Positions 40,176 through 53,404 of a stretch of 64,000 bases of DNA are shown here, one piece after another. Source of the stretch: Octopus vulgaris (taxonomy: Eukaryota); NCBI GenBank assembly GCA_951406725.2, contig OX597838.1, forward strand, positions 43,028,001 to 43,092,000, read 5' to 3'. The position numbers and the translations under genes were made by a program. Position 1 is the stretch's first letter. Each line of letters starts with the position of its first letter. The notes beneath the pieces are model-generated. The model was given only the letters and a program-made list of their open reading frames with translations, was not told the origin of the DNA and did not search any database.

Positions 40176-41871
40176 TTGATATATATATAATTATATATTA
40201 CAGACATCTTTCAGTTCCCGTCTACCAATTCCATTCGTAAGGTTTTGATCAGCCTGAGGCTGTAATAGAAGACACTTGTCCGAGGCACCATGCAGTGAGA
40301 CTGAACCCAGAACCATGTAGTTGGAAAGCAAACTTCTTACTGCAGAGCGAGAACTGGAAATAGTATTCTGATAAGAAAGGTGTGGGGAGGGGGGAGTAGT
40401 CAGGTGATATGGTGGTAAGGCGGGGAAGTAGTGTTGTAATGTTGTGGTGGTGGTGGTGTGTCAATGTGTTAATACACAAGAGATAGTAAGTGAGGTTTAG
40501 CCTTTCGTTTGATCGGAGGGTGAGGAAATGAAGTAAGAATGTTTGTTGATATGGTTGAAGAGGGAAAAGTAAAAACATGCCCATGAATTCAGCACTGCCT
40601 AATTATTTCACACAATCCAGTGAAAGAAAGGTGACTATTTTAAATTTTACAAATGGCCACCACATTCACACAGGCAAAAATAAAAACACAAAAAACAAAA
40701 ATATTTTATTAGTTTACAGTTTCTTTCCACATCTTGTTTTACATAACAAACCCAGAGAGCTTTTGTGATTCAGTTTAAACTCTTTTGTTTAGTTTAGGTT
40801 TTTTTGTGTGTGTGTGGTGTTTGTCAACACAGATAACATATTATTTAATTCTCAACCGCAAATAAATATAAATCTACTACTTTATAATTATAATAAAAGG
40901 CTCTGCTAATATTTCACTCTATAACATTCATTGTTTTTGCTGTGGCCTACATTTGCTTTTTTATCTTCAATAGTCTGCAAGGAAAACTAGTTTTTCCGTC
41001 TATCCACTCCTTCAACCTTTCTTCACCTTGTTCACAAGATATTATTCAGGGAATTGTTTAAATTTTACATTCCTATTTTTTATTATTGTATCACTGGATG
41101 GGAAGAGTTAAATGGTGGTAAAAAAAATTGGAAACTTGTGCACATTGTTCAGTTTTGCCTTTGGCCACTGACATATTCCCCACCATCAACTGTCCCACGC
41201 TTGAACGGGTCAAATGGTATTTATTGAGGCAGTTTTTTTTTTCTTTTTTATAGCTGGATATTCTTCCTGTTGCCAAGCCTCACCTGTTGCCAAGCCTCAC
41301 CTGTTGCCAAGCCTCACCTGTTGCCACGCAAGGACATACTTCACCATGGCCAGACATGTTTTTTTTCAAGAGAAGATTAGGAAAATGAAGGACACTGGTT
41401 GTAAGAAGGTCACTCACATTTACAATCACCAAGGACACACACACACACCTCACACATACATACACACATAACTACACCTCACACACAAATACATACACAC
41501 GCACCTTACATAAACACACACACTCACACATATATATATATACACACATAAACACACCTCACACACATACATAAACACACACATATGCACACACACACAC
41601 TTCACACTCACATAGATACACACACAACCACACCTCACACACAGACACGTCGCACTCACATACACATATAAACACACCTCACACACACGCCTCACATAAA
41701 CACACACAAACACCTCACACACACATATATACACACATATACACATGCAAACACACACACACTTCACATGCACAACACACACACACCTCACACGCACATA
41801 TACACACACCAACACCTCACACACACACACACAGTAAGCTTCTTTCAGTTTCTGTCCACCAAACCCACTCA

Positions 41872-41966
41872 CAAGACCATGGTCAGCTCAAGACCATGGT
41901 CAGCTCAAGACCATGGTCAGCTCAAGACCATGGTCAGCTCAAGACCATGGTCAGCTCAAGACCATG
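41872..41966. repeat. 17-bp tandem repeat x5.6 (CAAGACCATGGTCAGCT) within a SINE remnant
   Basis: Directly visible perfect units. Confidence 0.92.
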
Positions 41967-42618
41967 TGATTAGCAAGTCAACCTCTTAAAAAACACCACT
42001 TCCATGCTATATCGTGCGTGTGTGTGTGCGTGTGTGTATACTCAGATCATCATCATCATCATCATTTAACACCCGTTGTCCGTGCTGGCAGCATGGTTTG
42101 GATGGTTTGACCAGAGCTGGCAAGGTTGGGGAGCCGCACCAGACTCCACTCTCATTTGACCTGGTTTCTATGGCTGGATGCCCTTCCTAACATGCCAACC
42201 ACTTCACAGAGTGTACCTGGGTACTTTAACATGGCACTGCCACGAGTGCTTTTTATGTGGCACCGGCAGACGACTCTTGCAGGTCAATCTGCCGGTCACT
42301 ACAATGTGTGGTGGCTAGCGACCTCTCATGGCGGCCAAAGGTCAGCTGTCAGTAAATCAAACCCATTTAATTCCAAGATTTATTTATGTTTAACAACTGA
42401 AAGAAATTAATAAAAGCATCTAAATATGAAACATCATGGAAATTCTTCAAACTGAAGTCCTTCTTCAGCGACACATTTTTCCATTTGAGTCAATACAGAA
42501 TTACAGAGAGTATTTATGGAAATTTGACTTACTGTCGGGTGGCTCTTGGCCAACCCTGTATACGCACACACACACACATACAGAAAGATATATATACACA
42601 CACACACACACACACTTA

Positions 42619-43010
42619 CTCTTTTACTTGTTTCAGTCATTTGACTGCGGCCATGCTGGAGCACTGCCTTTAGTCGAGCAAATCGACCCCGGGACTTATT
42701 CTTTTGTAAGCCCAGTACTTATTCTATCGGTCTCTTTTGCCGAACCGCTAAGTTATGGGGATGTAAACACACCAGCATCGGCTGTCAAGCAATGATAGGG
42801 GGACAAACACAGACACACAAACACATACATATATATACATACACATATATACGACAGGCTTCTTTCAGTTTCCATCTACCAAATCCACTCACAAGGCATT
42901 GGTCGGCCCGAGGCTATAGCAGAAGACACTTGCCCAATATGCCACGCAGTGGGACTGAACCCAGAACCATGTGGTTAGTGAGCAAGCTACTTACCACACA
43001 GCCACTCCTA
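42619..43010 (-). mobile_element. SINE family A, full length
   Basis: Near-identical to 13268-13647. Confidence 0.92.
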
Positions 43011-45116
43011 TAGGCACACATGCATAAAAGTCTCCTGTACTGCTTATCTTTTCCATGAGGTTCACACAACTGATGTGGCTTGTATGTTGTATGAAATGTC
43101 TTTGGGCAGGAAGTGAATAGTATATTTTGGGGTCCATTTTCCATAAGCTAAATGATTCTGGCAATGGAAAACCTTACACACTCAACACAAGCTCAAAAGA
43201 ATCCCCTGACATCTCGAAACAAGCTTTGCACATATTCTGTAAGAAATTGAAGGTCTTTCTTTTTCTGGGTAATTCATCATCATTTATGATTTTCCATGTT
43301 GCCTTGGGTCGGATGGTTTGACAGAATTGGATGAACCAAAGTGCAGATGTCAGATTCCAGTGTTAGCTTTGACATTATCTTTTTTATATTGGGAGGGTCA
43401 TTATATCAATAAAACACACACACACACACACACTTGTTTTATTTTACTTCTTTTTCATTATTATTAGTCAATTAGTTAACCAATAAACTAATTAACTAAT
43501 CAATTGTTTGATTAACCATCCAGTCAAACAATCAATCATTGGCAACTTCAAAATGACATGCTCTTACTACTCCAGGTCTGCGCCAGATGTGCCCATCCCT
43601 TGCTAACCAAATACAAAAATGAAATAACTTACGACAAATGGACAAGCTGGATGTTCAGCTTGTGTCACAGAATAATTAATCTAATGACGTTGCTAATTAA
43701 TTTAATGAGAAATACTCAATTAGCAACTCTTCTGTGCATATTACTAATTATAATTATAATTTTCCTTTCTTTTCATCCCCCCCCCCAATTGCAACTCCTT
43801 GAATATAAATGCTGTTTTAATTAGATTGGATGTACCTACCTGTCTATAAGTAATATATTACAGCAGGTGAATGCCATATTTTGCCAAACCAATGGATCAA
43901 TAGAAAATAATGGTTTCGAATTTTGGCACAAGACCAATAATTCTGGCAGAGTGGGGGTACGTTGATTACATTGAGCCTAAAAGGCTGAGAGGTGAAGTCA
44001 ACCTCAGTGGAATTTGATCTCAGAATGTCAAGACATGAAATGCCACTAAGCATTTTGTCTGGTGTGCTAATGGTTCTGCCAGCAGCTCACCACCTTAATC
44101 AGATGTTAATCATAACATTATTGGTAATGTAATTATTATTGATTGAACAAGTAATTACTGAATATAATTACTGACTAAAGCTTATAATTCTACAACAGAA
44201 TGTTCGTTACGACCCTCCACAGATGTAATACAAATATACCATTTTGGTAAAACTTTATATATTATGATCTTTTATCTTTAACTTGTTTCAGTCATTAGAC
44301 TGTGGCCATGCTGGGGCACTGCCTTCATTCTCGTTTTTAATCCTTACATCAGCAATCCTTAGTTTTTTTCTCTTTTTTTCAGCACCACTGACTGGTTTCA
44401 TGCAAGACAATTCTCCCCTGTGCCAGAGGAAGCACACATACAACAAAACACAATAAACTCCATGGTACATGATGATTACCGCATCATCACAGATGGTTGC
44501 AGTTTGCTTGTGCTTCCTCATCAATAGCATTTTTGACTTTCCGTCCATGACCTTCCAGATGACTTCTTCTTCAATCCTGTTGCAGATCTGCATGGTTTGG
44601 CTCAGAGGTGACAGACGGAAGTTGTAACTTACTGTGTGCTTCTCAACTTGCTTGGTACGCACATGTTGCACATGAATGGCAAACGAGGTCACCATAAAGA
44701 GACATGTGTTTGTCACTGGATTAGAGTTACAAATGCTTATACAACACAAGCACCATTCACTAAGTCCCTGAGATTAGTACACAACGATAGGCCTGAACAG
44801 GAATCATGTGAAAATCTGGGTTTTTCATAGGAATGTCCTTCTCCTAGAAGGATGCTGTGATAATACCAAGGGGTTCTTCATTCGCATGGGTTTTACTGCA
44901 CGCCCCACATTCAGCTGGATTGTCATCAGATATGTTAGTTAACCCATAGGTTGTACCCAAACAGGTGTTACAACTCCGGGTCAGAATAGAACTGGGAGCA
45001 ATAGTGGAAAAGAGGTGGTTCCACATTTCTCAAAACCCTGGAATTCCCAAACCAGACCTCCACTACCAGATGCGGTTTAAAGCCACACCAAGGGCAATAT
45101 AGGATTTAATTTTTAC

Positions 45117-45495
45117 GTGGCTGTGCAGTAAGTAGCTTGCTTACCAACCACATGGTTCCGGGTGCAGTCCCACTGCATGGCACCTTGGGCAAGTGTCTTC
45201 TACTATAGCCTCAGGCCGACCAAAGCCTTGTGAGTGGATTTGGTAGATGGAAACTGAAAGAAGTCCTGTGTGTGTGTATGTATGTATATGTTTGTGTGTC
45301 TGTGTTTGTCTCCCCACCATTGGTTAACAACTGATGTTGGTGTATTTACATCCCCATAACTTAGCGGTTTGGCAAAAGAGACCAATAGAATAAGCACCAG
45401 GCTTACAAAGAACAAGTCCTGGGGTCGATTTGTTCAACTAAAGCCAGTGCTCCAGCATGGTCACAGTCAAATGACTGAAACAAATAAAAGGAAAG
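45117..45495 (+). mobile_element. SINE family A, full length
   Basis: Head, CORE-like segment and tail match the consensus. Confidence 0.9.
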
Positions 45496-46237
45496 AGTAA
45501 TATATATAATATGATAGCAAAACACTCTGCCAATGGATAAAGAAATAAAGTATTAAACTTTGTTCTCTCTCTCTGGTCTGGTACCACATGATCCAGGACC
45601 TGGTACAGGTCTGTGGCCCAGTCGGTTCCACAGAACTGTCTTTATTCATTGTTAATCCTTTTTATTAATAAACATCACAAGTCTCAACACAACACTCCTA
45701 TATTTGGATACTAAAACAATACATACACCAAACTCCAAACACTGTTAAATAATTATTAATAAAAGGGTAAAGACCCCCTTCGGTCATGAAGGACCATGAG
45801 ATTGTGCCTAGAAAGTTACCCTCTGAGGCACAAGTCCAGGCAAGGTTGTTTATGGAAGACCAGCAGTCGCCCATGCGTGCCAGCCTCCCCCCTTTCCACA
45901 CCACTGATGTCATCCAAGGGAAAGGCAATTCATTTCTACAGCTGAGTGAACTGGAGAAACGTGAAATAAAATGTCTTGCTCAAGAACACAACACGCAGCC
46001 TGGTCCAGGAATTGAACACACTACCTCAGGATTGTGAACCTGATGCTCTAACCACTGAGCCATGTGCCTTTAGTAATATTGTTCTGTTATTTATGTGTGG
46101 GGCTGGGCCATGGGATTAAGAAGTTTGCTTCCCAACCCTATGGTTTTGGGTTCAGTTCTAGTGCACAGCAAGTTTGGGCACATTATTTGGTAGACAGAAA
46201 CTGAAAGAAGCCCACCATATGCATGTATATACATATA

Positions 46238-46290
<53 letters not shown>

Positions 46291-46478
46291 GTGTGCATAT
46301 GTGTGTCTGTATACATACATATATTATACATACACACACATATATACATCCTCTTTAATACTGCCTACCATAAAAAAAAAAGTTTAACCCTTACCAGAGT
46401 CAGAATCTCAATGAATGACAACCACACAGTTCCAATTTGTGGTGCAGCACAAAGGAAATGACCTTCATAAACTGCATA

Positions 46479-46711
46479 CTCTTTTACTTGTTTCAGTCAT
46501 CTGACTGCAGCCATGCTGGAGCACCACCTTTAGTCGAGCAAATCGACCCCAGTACTTATTCTTTGGAAGCCTAGTACCTATTCTATCAATCTCTTTTGCT
46601 GAACCACTAAGTTACGGGGGCATAAACACGCCATCATCGGATGTCAAGTGATGGGGGGTGGGGAGCAAACACAGACACATAAACATACACACACACAGAT
46701 ACATATATATG

Positions 46712-46776
<65 letters not shown>

Positions 46777-46935
46777 GACAAGCTTCTTTCAGTTTCCATC
46801 TACCAAATCCACTCACAAGGCTTTTCGGTTCGAGGCTATAGTAGAAGACACTTGCCCAAGGCGCCATGCAGTGGGAATGAACCCAGAACCATGTGGTTGG
46901 TAAGCAAGCTACTTACTACACAGCCACTCCTGCAC
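46479..46935 (-). mobile_element. SINE family A, full length
   Basis: Consensus match with internal (TA)n. Confidence 0.9.
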
Positions 46936-47072
46936 TTATTTTTCAATGTTATTATTATTATTATTGTTCAGGTCACTGCTTGGAATTGAACTTGGAATCT
47001 TGTGGGGTTAGTAGTCTGCATTCTTCACCACTATGCCATATGCCCGTGGACATATGGCATAGAGATTAAGAG
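46936..47072 (-). mobile_element. Truncated copy of the tRNA-headed element, with short fold-back at its head
   Basis: Homologous to 51860-52001; inverted repeat CTATGCCATATG..CATATGGCATAG at 47031-47062. Confidence 0.65.
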
Positions 47073-48196
47073 CCATATATATGTATGCTACATAAAAAGA
47101 AATGGTGCTGGTGCCACATAAAAAGCACCAAGTACACTCTGTGGAGCGGCTGGCATGTTAGGAAGGGCATCCAGCTGTAGAGACCATGCCAAAACAGACA
47201 ATGAAACTCTTGTCAAACTGTCCAACCCTTGCCAGCATGGTAAACAGACATTAAATAATGATGATGATGGTGGTGTGTGTGTGTGTTACCATTTGTACTT
47301 CTCCAGATGTCTTGAGCAGTAAGCATCGATGTTGTTATGCTTCCTACCAACAAATCATCCGCTGGCTTTACTGCTTTGAAGATTTGTGAAAGAAGAGACC
47401 TCTTACTTGAGAAACAGCTGAGGGTTAGTGACAGGAAAGGCATCCAGATATAAAACAAAGATATTCCTCAAACTCATGCAAGCATGGGGCAAACAGACAT
47501 AAAAATAAACAAATGAATTCCAGTAAAAAGGGACCAGGGAGTTGACAGGGTCGGTAAAGGGACAAACAGGATGGTATGCAGTTGGTGGGTTTCCTGGCCT
47601 CTCTGGTATATATATTCCTCCCCTGGATGGGACACCAGTCCATCGCAGGATTACTTCTTTTTGCCAGCTGACTGGACTGGAGCAACGTGAAATGAAGTGT
47701 CTTGCTCAAGAACACAATGCATTGCTTGGTCCAGGAATAAGTCAATCACCCGAACCACTAAGCCTTGCACTTCCACGAAATGGCAGCATTTGGTTATAAT
47801 CCTTGGTAATCTATACTAGAATCCGACTGCAGCTGGCTTTGCTTTCATTCTTCCCTGGGCAGAGCGTGAAATAAATACCAGTGAACTACTGGGGTTGATA
47901 TGATGAAGCGTTCCCCTCTAAAAATTTGCAGTCTTATGCTCTTGTAAGGTTCAACGTTATTCCATGAAATATTTCAAAAGCTGATCATGTTGTAAAAGGA
48001 ATGTTTATTCTTACCAATGATTTGCAACCAACATACTGGGAAATATATATAATATATACACACACATGCATACACATATATATATACATGTATGCATGCA
48101 TCTATATATATATGGAAAGAGATAGATAGATATGTGAATATATACATAAGTATGTATGTATATGTGTTTGTGTATGTGTGTGTATATATGTATATA

Positions 48197-48232
<36 letters not shown>

Positions 48233-48842
48233 TGTATATATATATATATAAAAATAATTAAAAGGGCGGGCAACAGGCTGCTTCGCCACATACCGAAGGA
48301 ATTAAAAATGGCAGTCAAAGACTGTTTTTTCCATTTTCTACAAGTGGAGGTTCCATATACGACAAAACCTGCGATTCACATACGCAAAATATGAGTAGCA
48401 AATAAACGAAAACAATCTCTTACCGTCAATGGTGAACATGTTTCTAGATCACAGGCTAGAAATTGCCTGATTTCCTTCGTCAACACCATATTCGATAGAT
48501 TTACCAAATGCCACAAGCCTTCACCTCTGACCAAGCGCCATCAGATAGTGGGGGGAGGTGTGCAGATGTTAAAACTAATGACTGGGACCGTAAATTTTCC
48601 CTCCAAAATTCTGCTATGCGCGCCGCCTGGGTGATCGCAATGGAATAAGAAATCCACATGGTAATACAATAAAAATGGTAAATAAAAATGATATATATAT
48701 ATATATATATCATCATCATCATCATCATCGTTTAACGTCCGTTCTCCATGCTAGCATGGGAACCGTCCAACCCATGCTAGCATGGAGAATGGACGTTAAA
48801 CGATGATGATGATGATGATATATATATATATATATATATATA

Positions 48843-49263
48843 ACCTGTGGCCTCTACCTGGGATGTAGCCAGTCCGCTTATGCATACCTTTCCTTCTTGG
48901 GACACAAAACCCTGCTTGCAAAGACCTGTTGAGGCCAAATCGAAATCGATCAAAATCAATGGAAATTGTAGTTGTGATACCAGTGCCGGTGGCACGTAAG
49001 AGAACCGTCTGAATGTGGCCGTTGCCAGCGCTGCCCTGACTGGCCTCTGTGCCGATGGCACATGAAAAGCACCAACCGATGGCACGTAAAAAGCACCCAC
49101 TACACTCATGGAGTGGTTGGCGTAAAGAAGGGCATTCAGCTGTAGAAACACTGACAGATCAGACTGGAGCTTGGTGTAGCCATCTCGCTTCCCAGACCCC
49201 AGTTGAACCGTCCAACCCATGCTAGCATGGAAAGCGGACGTTAAACGATGATGATGATGATGA
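48843..49263 (+). mobile_element. RTE-type 3'UTR retroposon with (GAT)n tail
   Basis: Homologous to 11745-12306. Confidence 0.8.
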
Positions 49264-49330
49264 TATATATATATATATGTATGTATGTATATTTTATATT
49301 ATATATACATACATACATATATATATATAT

Positions 49331-49367
<37 letters not shown>

Positions 49368-49915
49368 ATTATGTATACATAAATCTAAGAGAGAGAGAGA
49401 GAAGATGGGTGTTATTTCGTTGAACAGCCTTTCAACTAAATAACGGAATAATAACTGAAATGAAACAATTGACAATAAAATCTGGCCTTGAAGTGAATGT
49501 GACTACTGTAACACTTGCAGCTAAATGCTCCCCGTTTAATAGGGGTCGGGCAAGGCTGGGGATGGCGTGCAGGGTAAGGGTGGGACGGTGAACAGCCCAT
49601 AACAATCCTCGACACCATTTGTGATCTTAGAGTCTTAAAGTACAGAAGCACCACCATTCAAACTCTAGATATTGCATTACCGACACAGATTGTGTGTTGA
49701 AGAGAACTGGCTGCACTGCTCCAGATATGTAACACGGCAAGAGAGAGAGAGAAAGGAAGTAGAATATGAAGGACAGGGGATTGACTGAGGGGCTCGGTTG
49801 GAAAGGGACAAGACAGTGTCTCTGAAGGCGCGAACAGATGCTGCATGCCCCACTGGTGTGGGTGTGAAAATATCTTAGAGTTTCATTAAATAACAAGTGG
49901 AAGAAACTTGTAACA

Positions 49916-49944
<29 letters not shown>

Positions 49945-49947
<3 letters not shown>

Positions 49948-50243
49948 GCCTGAATGTTGGGCCTCACAGAGGAGATGACAAGAGACTGAGAGCCTGGCAA
50001 TTATGCTGTACTTAAGAAGACCCGTCAAGCAAAGTGAAGTTAGAGTTGTGGCCGTTGCTGGTGAGTCCTGTAACTGACACCCATGCTGGTGGCATGGAGT
50101 GGTTGGCATTAGGAAGGGCACCCGGCTGTAGAAACACTGCCAGATCAGACCAGGACCTTGTGCAGCCCTCTAGCTTACCAGTTCCAGTTAAACTGTCCAA
50201 CCCATGCCAGCATGGAAAGCGGATGTTAAATGATGATGACGAT
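49945..50243 (+). mobile_element. RTE 3' coding end plus 3'UTR with (GAT)n tail
   Basis: MLGLTEEMTRD*EP..YAVLKKTRQAK* followed by the common GGAGTGGTTGGCATTAGGAAGGGCA...GTTAAATGATGATG end. Confidence 0.7.
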
Positions 50244-50245
50244 TA

Positions 50246-50301
<56 letters not shown>

Positions 50302-51700
50302 CATATATACTTGTATATTAATGTTTGTATTTCTGCTATAATAAAAGCAATTTTACATGAAACTGAAGGATCACTCAATACATTTGGTAGAGTATAAATT
50401 TATTATTCCTTCACAAGAATAGTACTGACAGTCACTTGAAAGTCTTCTTGACCAGCTTAGCTATCATGGGACAGACTGATGATGGCTTAGTTGGCTGACA
50501 CTTCGAAATCACTGTCAACACTACTCTTGTTAAAGAATAATAAATATATATCCATATAAATATAACATATACATGTTTGTGTGTGTGTGTTTGTATAGTT
50601 TATTCATGCATACTAGGGTGCATATTTTGGTAGTGGGGGGCATTGTTAAAAGGAGAGTATGGAACAAAAATGGTTGAGAAACGCCTTTAACAAAGAGATT
50701 AATTTGACGAAGAAGGATGCATCCAATGGAAAATAAGAGCAGTCCATTACTTAACTTTGCGACATGGAATAAATGGAAATGGAACATGACCGTTCCAAGA
50801 AAAGAAAATGGCAAATTGATGCCAGGAAAACGATTAACATCAATCTGATTTTGTATGAGAATACTGTGTTCGGTTGGCTAGCTTTTGCGACTGCATGTAG
50901 ATGAGAGTGAGACACATATATTTATATACACACACACCCACAGAGGTGGGGTAAGAATTTGTGAGTGAATATCCATGTCCGAGTTCAGATAGACTCAGCA
51001 GCAAGCAGAAGCATTTGCATTATTTTGTTAAATGTAATGCTTCTTTATTCACGTTATCTTGAATTAATCATGCATTATTTTGTAATCACGAGAGTTTGAA
51101 GATGTGATTGTTCATTGTTAGAATGACATGATAGGGTAGGTCTGAGAGACCAGCCATGGCTTGTTTGAACATAAAACTAGCAAAATATTTGGGCCAAATA
51201 TGGCCTGTCTAAATGTAAAAGGGACACACACACGTATATGTATGTATAATTGTTTAACATTCAGATGACTCCATCAAATGTTCTGCTCATTTATACACAT
51301 TGTTTTGAAGTAATCATGGATTATCTCGTAGGTTTGAGATTTCAATGATGTGGTTGTTCATTTTTAGAAGACAGTGTAAGGTATGTGTGAGAGGTTGGAC
51401 CTGACCAGATAGAATATCTGGGCTGGATATGACCAGTTTAAATGTTAAAAGGTTAAAGGAACTTCTTTTCTATAGTGATATCACAACTTGAATCATTTAA
51501 TACGTTCCCATTTGTGTATTTGGTACCAATTTAATGCCAAGTAGATTCAGTCATGTGAATAGAATTTTATTCAATATCAAATCAAATTGTCTTTACTAAG
51601 TGTAACATCCTATTTTACTATTAAAATTTATGGTTTCTATTATAAATGTTGTGCTTATTTATTCATATTGTTTAGAAATTAATTATACATTATCTCATAG

Positions 51701-51877
51701 AGTTTTATATTTAAAAGATGAGGAATTATGTACATTATTTACATTTGATGGATATTTATCTTCATCTTGTTTGTTGTTAACTCAACGTTTCCACTGATAT
51801 ACCCTCCAGCCTTCATCAGGTGTCTTGGGGCAATTTCGAACCTGGGTTCTCATTCCTAAGATATTTTTCAATGTTAC

Positions 51878-51927
<50 letters not shown>

Positions 51928-52004
51928 TCACTGCCTGGAATCGAACTCGGAATTTTAAGGTTAGTAGCCCACGCTCTTAACTACTACAGAATATGCCCGT
52001 GTAA
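51701..52004 (-). mobile_element. Composite retroposon: tRNA-like head + (AAT)n + hammerhead-bearing pLTR-like tail
   Basis: Minus strand GTAGTTAAGAGCGTGGGCTACTAACC..GAGTTCGATTCC (tRNA-Ile-like, B box), (AAT)n, then GACAC-CTGATGA-AGGCTG..CAGTG-GAAA-CG-TT. Flanked by ATTATCTCA(T/A)AG at 51689-51700 and 52005-52016. Confidence 0.72.
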
Positions 52005-53071
52005 ATTATCTCAAAGCTTTGAAATTTCGATGATGTGCCTATTTTTTAGAATGACATTGTAGGGTAAGTGTGAGAGGCCATATCTGGCTGGTTTGAACAT
52101 GAAATACACAGAATATCTGGGCCAGGTTTGGTTGGTTTCAATGCTATGATTTTACAAGAAGCAACACCTCTCATACAAGGGAATCAGATCCGCTGCCAAT
52201 CTGTGGCAATTGGTGTCAAGACCTCAGATGTTCTTGGACCCTGTACTGTTGGTTTCCGTTGCACATTCAGGATAACTGTGGCCCATCTGAGAAATGAGCC
52301 CCATGAGGTGGAGTGGCTATTGAAGTGAGTGGCTATTGAAGTGAGTGGCTATTGAAGTGAGTGGCACTGGCCATTCTCTGTCACAATGCCTTTGCAGTCA
52401 TGTCCATGAGGTGTGGCTCAACACGCCATCTATTCTGGAGTGTACAACTCATTACTCCTTCACCCTCATCTTTTTCTTTGTTTCGTCGGTGAGGTAGTTA
52501 TGGGGTTTTTTTCCTGATAACTTGATCATTTCATTGCTATTATGCAAAAGTGTCATAAGTCCAAAAGAGTGCTTTTACAAAAAATGAAAAAAAATAGTTT
52601 CACTTTTCCATAGCAAAGCTGTTGTACTATTATACTTTGACCATTTTTGATATCTTGGTATTTGAAGCAGCTTGAGGCACGCTAGTTTGACCAAAACTAT
52701 TGCAAGGAAAAATAAATACTGTAAAAACACATTCCGCAGTTTAACATAATAGCAATCATTCATGCTTTTAATAATTTTTCTGCTTCTCTTTAAGCTGGTG
52801 AAAATATATTGATACTAAAATGTCTTTCAATAAAATAGAATAAAAAAAAAAAAAACAAATAGAATCCATAGCATTTTCTTATCGCAACCAGCCTTCACTT
52901 TACAGTGTGACAGCTTAAAACTGCACTTATGTGTTCAGGTCTATAAAAAATTGTTGATTTTTCAAAACAAAGTTTTATTCTTTGTGAACAATGCAAATTT
53001 ATACATTGAACGATAGTACACAAATGACTCACACACACACATACATACATACATTATATATATATATATAT

Positions 53072-53356
53072 ATAAATAAATATAAGAGAGTGGTCACTAT
53101 GTGGCTCACTCTAGCACTAGAAATAGATCCAATAGGTTTCAACCATAAAATAATTTATTTTGTGGTTGAAACCTATTAGATCTATTTCTAGTGCTAGAGT
53201 GAGCCACATAGTGACCACTCTCTTATATTTATTTATGTATAAAATATTATAATATATTATAAAATATTATAATAATCCAGGTTTCTCTGTGCACTGGGCC
53301 ACTTGGTGTTGAATCGGGATACTATTAAATTAGTATCTAATTCTCTCACCCTTATT
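53072..53356 (+). mobile_element. Fold-back element in (TA)n (82-bp arms)
   Basis: Palindrome axis at 53154 with 2 mismatches; tail ends CTCACCCTTATTA like the other fold-backs. Confidence 0.75.
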
Positions 53357-53358
53357 AA

Positions 53359-53402
<44 letters not shown>

Positions 53403-53404
<2 letters not shown>

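Noticed and set aside
39707-40207. LSIY-repeat membrane-like ORFs
   Set aside because: Translation of the (GATA)n repeat.
41872-41966. CRISPR-like array
   Set aside because: Head-to-tail repeats with no spacers, no cas genes, eukaryotic context.
44288-44749. 153-aa ORF
   Set aside because: No recognisable domain or splice signals; ends in a SINE fragment.
51925-52000. Functional tRNA gene (also the SINE heads)
   Set aside because: Acceptor and D stems do not pair properly; embedded in repeat bodies.
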